From: Takakia lepidozioides | Lineage: Eukaryota; Plantae; Bryophyta | Assembly: GCA_030704615.1 (NCBI GenBank) | Contig: CM060732.1 | Coordinates: 65,038,001 to 65,102,000 of the forward strand | Reading direction: 5' to 3' | DNA: 64,000 nucleotides | In this document: positions 63,165-64,000 of the stretch, piece by piece | Layout of the letters: each line of letters begins with the position of its first letter | Numbering within the stretch: position 1 is the first letter of the stretch | Notes under the pieces: model-generated | Databases searched by the model: none | What the model saw: the letters and a program-made list of their open reading frames with translations, nothing else | Told to the model about the DNA's origin: nothing | Program-made: the position numbers and the translations under genes

Positions 63165-64000
63165 CTACACATACATTGGCGCTGATTTTTCCTTAAACTG
63201 TAATTGGAAAGGGCGTATTCAAAAAGTTGTTCAATCTGGCAAGCGCAAAGCGTTGGGTCTCACTAAATTTTTCCACTGCAGAGAGATCAACTCTTTAAGT
63301 AAAAAAAGTCATGCTTTGCCGCGTTACTAGGCCTACCTTGGAGTACGCATCTGCAGTGTGCGTTGATAACTCCAACCAGGCGAAGTCTGTAGAATCCATT
63401 CAAGTTGGGGTACTCAAGGAGTGCATGTAAGCAGCTAAGGGGGCTGTTTGGGGTGAGCTTGCCATTCCTCCCTTAAGCTCCCAACGAGATGAATTCATGG
63501 TCAGATGGTGGGGTCAGCTGCAATGTACGACTAATATCGGATGTCCTTAGTTAATCGACTTTATATCTTGGAAGTAGGATCGCCCTGTCAAACAGCCGAG
63601 TCCTGGCGGAAGAGGGAAGAGATTTTCAGGGATCTGAATCTAAGTCTGCAAGTCTAGAATAAATCTGACTTAGAGGCTGTAGTGTTCAAAGCCATGTCTG
63701 TTGCGAAGAAATTGTCTGACAAAAATGAAGTTAGGCAGAAACCTTCCCTACTTGTTTCCAGTCTGTGACATAGGGGAGGCATCATGGATGACCTCAAGGG
63801 TTTACCCAGTCTCAGCACTAGACTTAAACTCAGGGCGGAAAGCCTCCCTTTGATCAGCAAACAGATGCAGAGAGGAAAAGGGGATTGCAACTACTCGTTG
63901 TGTGGGCAACCTGAAGATAATATCCACTTTCTGGTTCGTTGTCCTGGGTACTCTCACCAGAGAGACACCCTCTTCAAATCGATCAAGGGAATAGTTCCTG
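63165..64000 (+). mobile_element. Second, longer LINE copy of the same family (RT C-terminus to zinc finger; runs off the window)
   Basis: YTYIG, RPTLEYASAV...VESIQ, WGELAIPPL, LKLRAESLPL...CGQPEDNIHFLVRCPGY...RDTLF; 63826-64000 is collinear with 62688-62862. Confidence 0.8.

Overview
Eukaryotic nuclear DNA from a land plant. The GT-AG introns and PLS-DYW PPR genes look most like a seed-free, moss-like plant with an expanded RNA-editing PPR family; this placement is inference. The first 21 kb is a PPR RNA-editing-factor cluster. It holds one intact PLS-E1-E2-DYW gene ending in DCW, one PLS-E1 gene fused to a decayed PPR-DYW tail, and PPR/DYW pseudogene pieces, interleaved with translin (bracketed by diverged direct repeats) and an intronless MIC10. 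Next come jagunal, a 17-copy ~52-56 bp minisatellite and an NPF6.1-like NRT1/PTR transporter. A TE-rich tract (32-57 kb) contains a hAT MITE, an amplified PPR-leader repeat array, L1 remnants and a Ty1/copia element. The window ends with a tandem pair of RPS14 genes, the second partial and carrying stacked LINE inserts. Main observations: (i) a non-PPR 'leader' sequence family precedes every PPR copy whose 5' end is present, and is amplified separately at 41.7-44.2 kb; (ii) several inversions or scrambles at different scales, including a ~5.4 kb inversion that splits the copia 3' LTR (supported by a matching CCTTA target-site duplication) and a scrambled DYW C-terminus; (iii) translin has an in-frame transit-peptide-like N-terminal extension. 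All alignments were made by eye.
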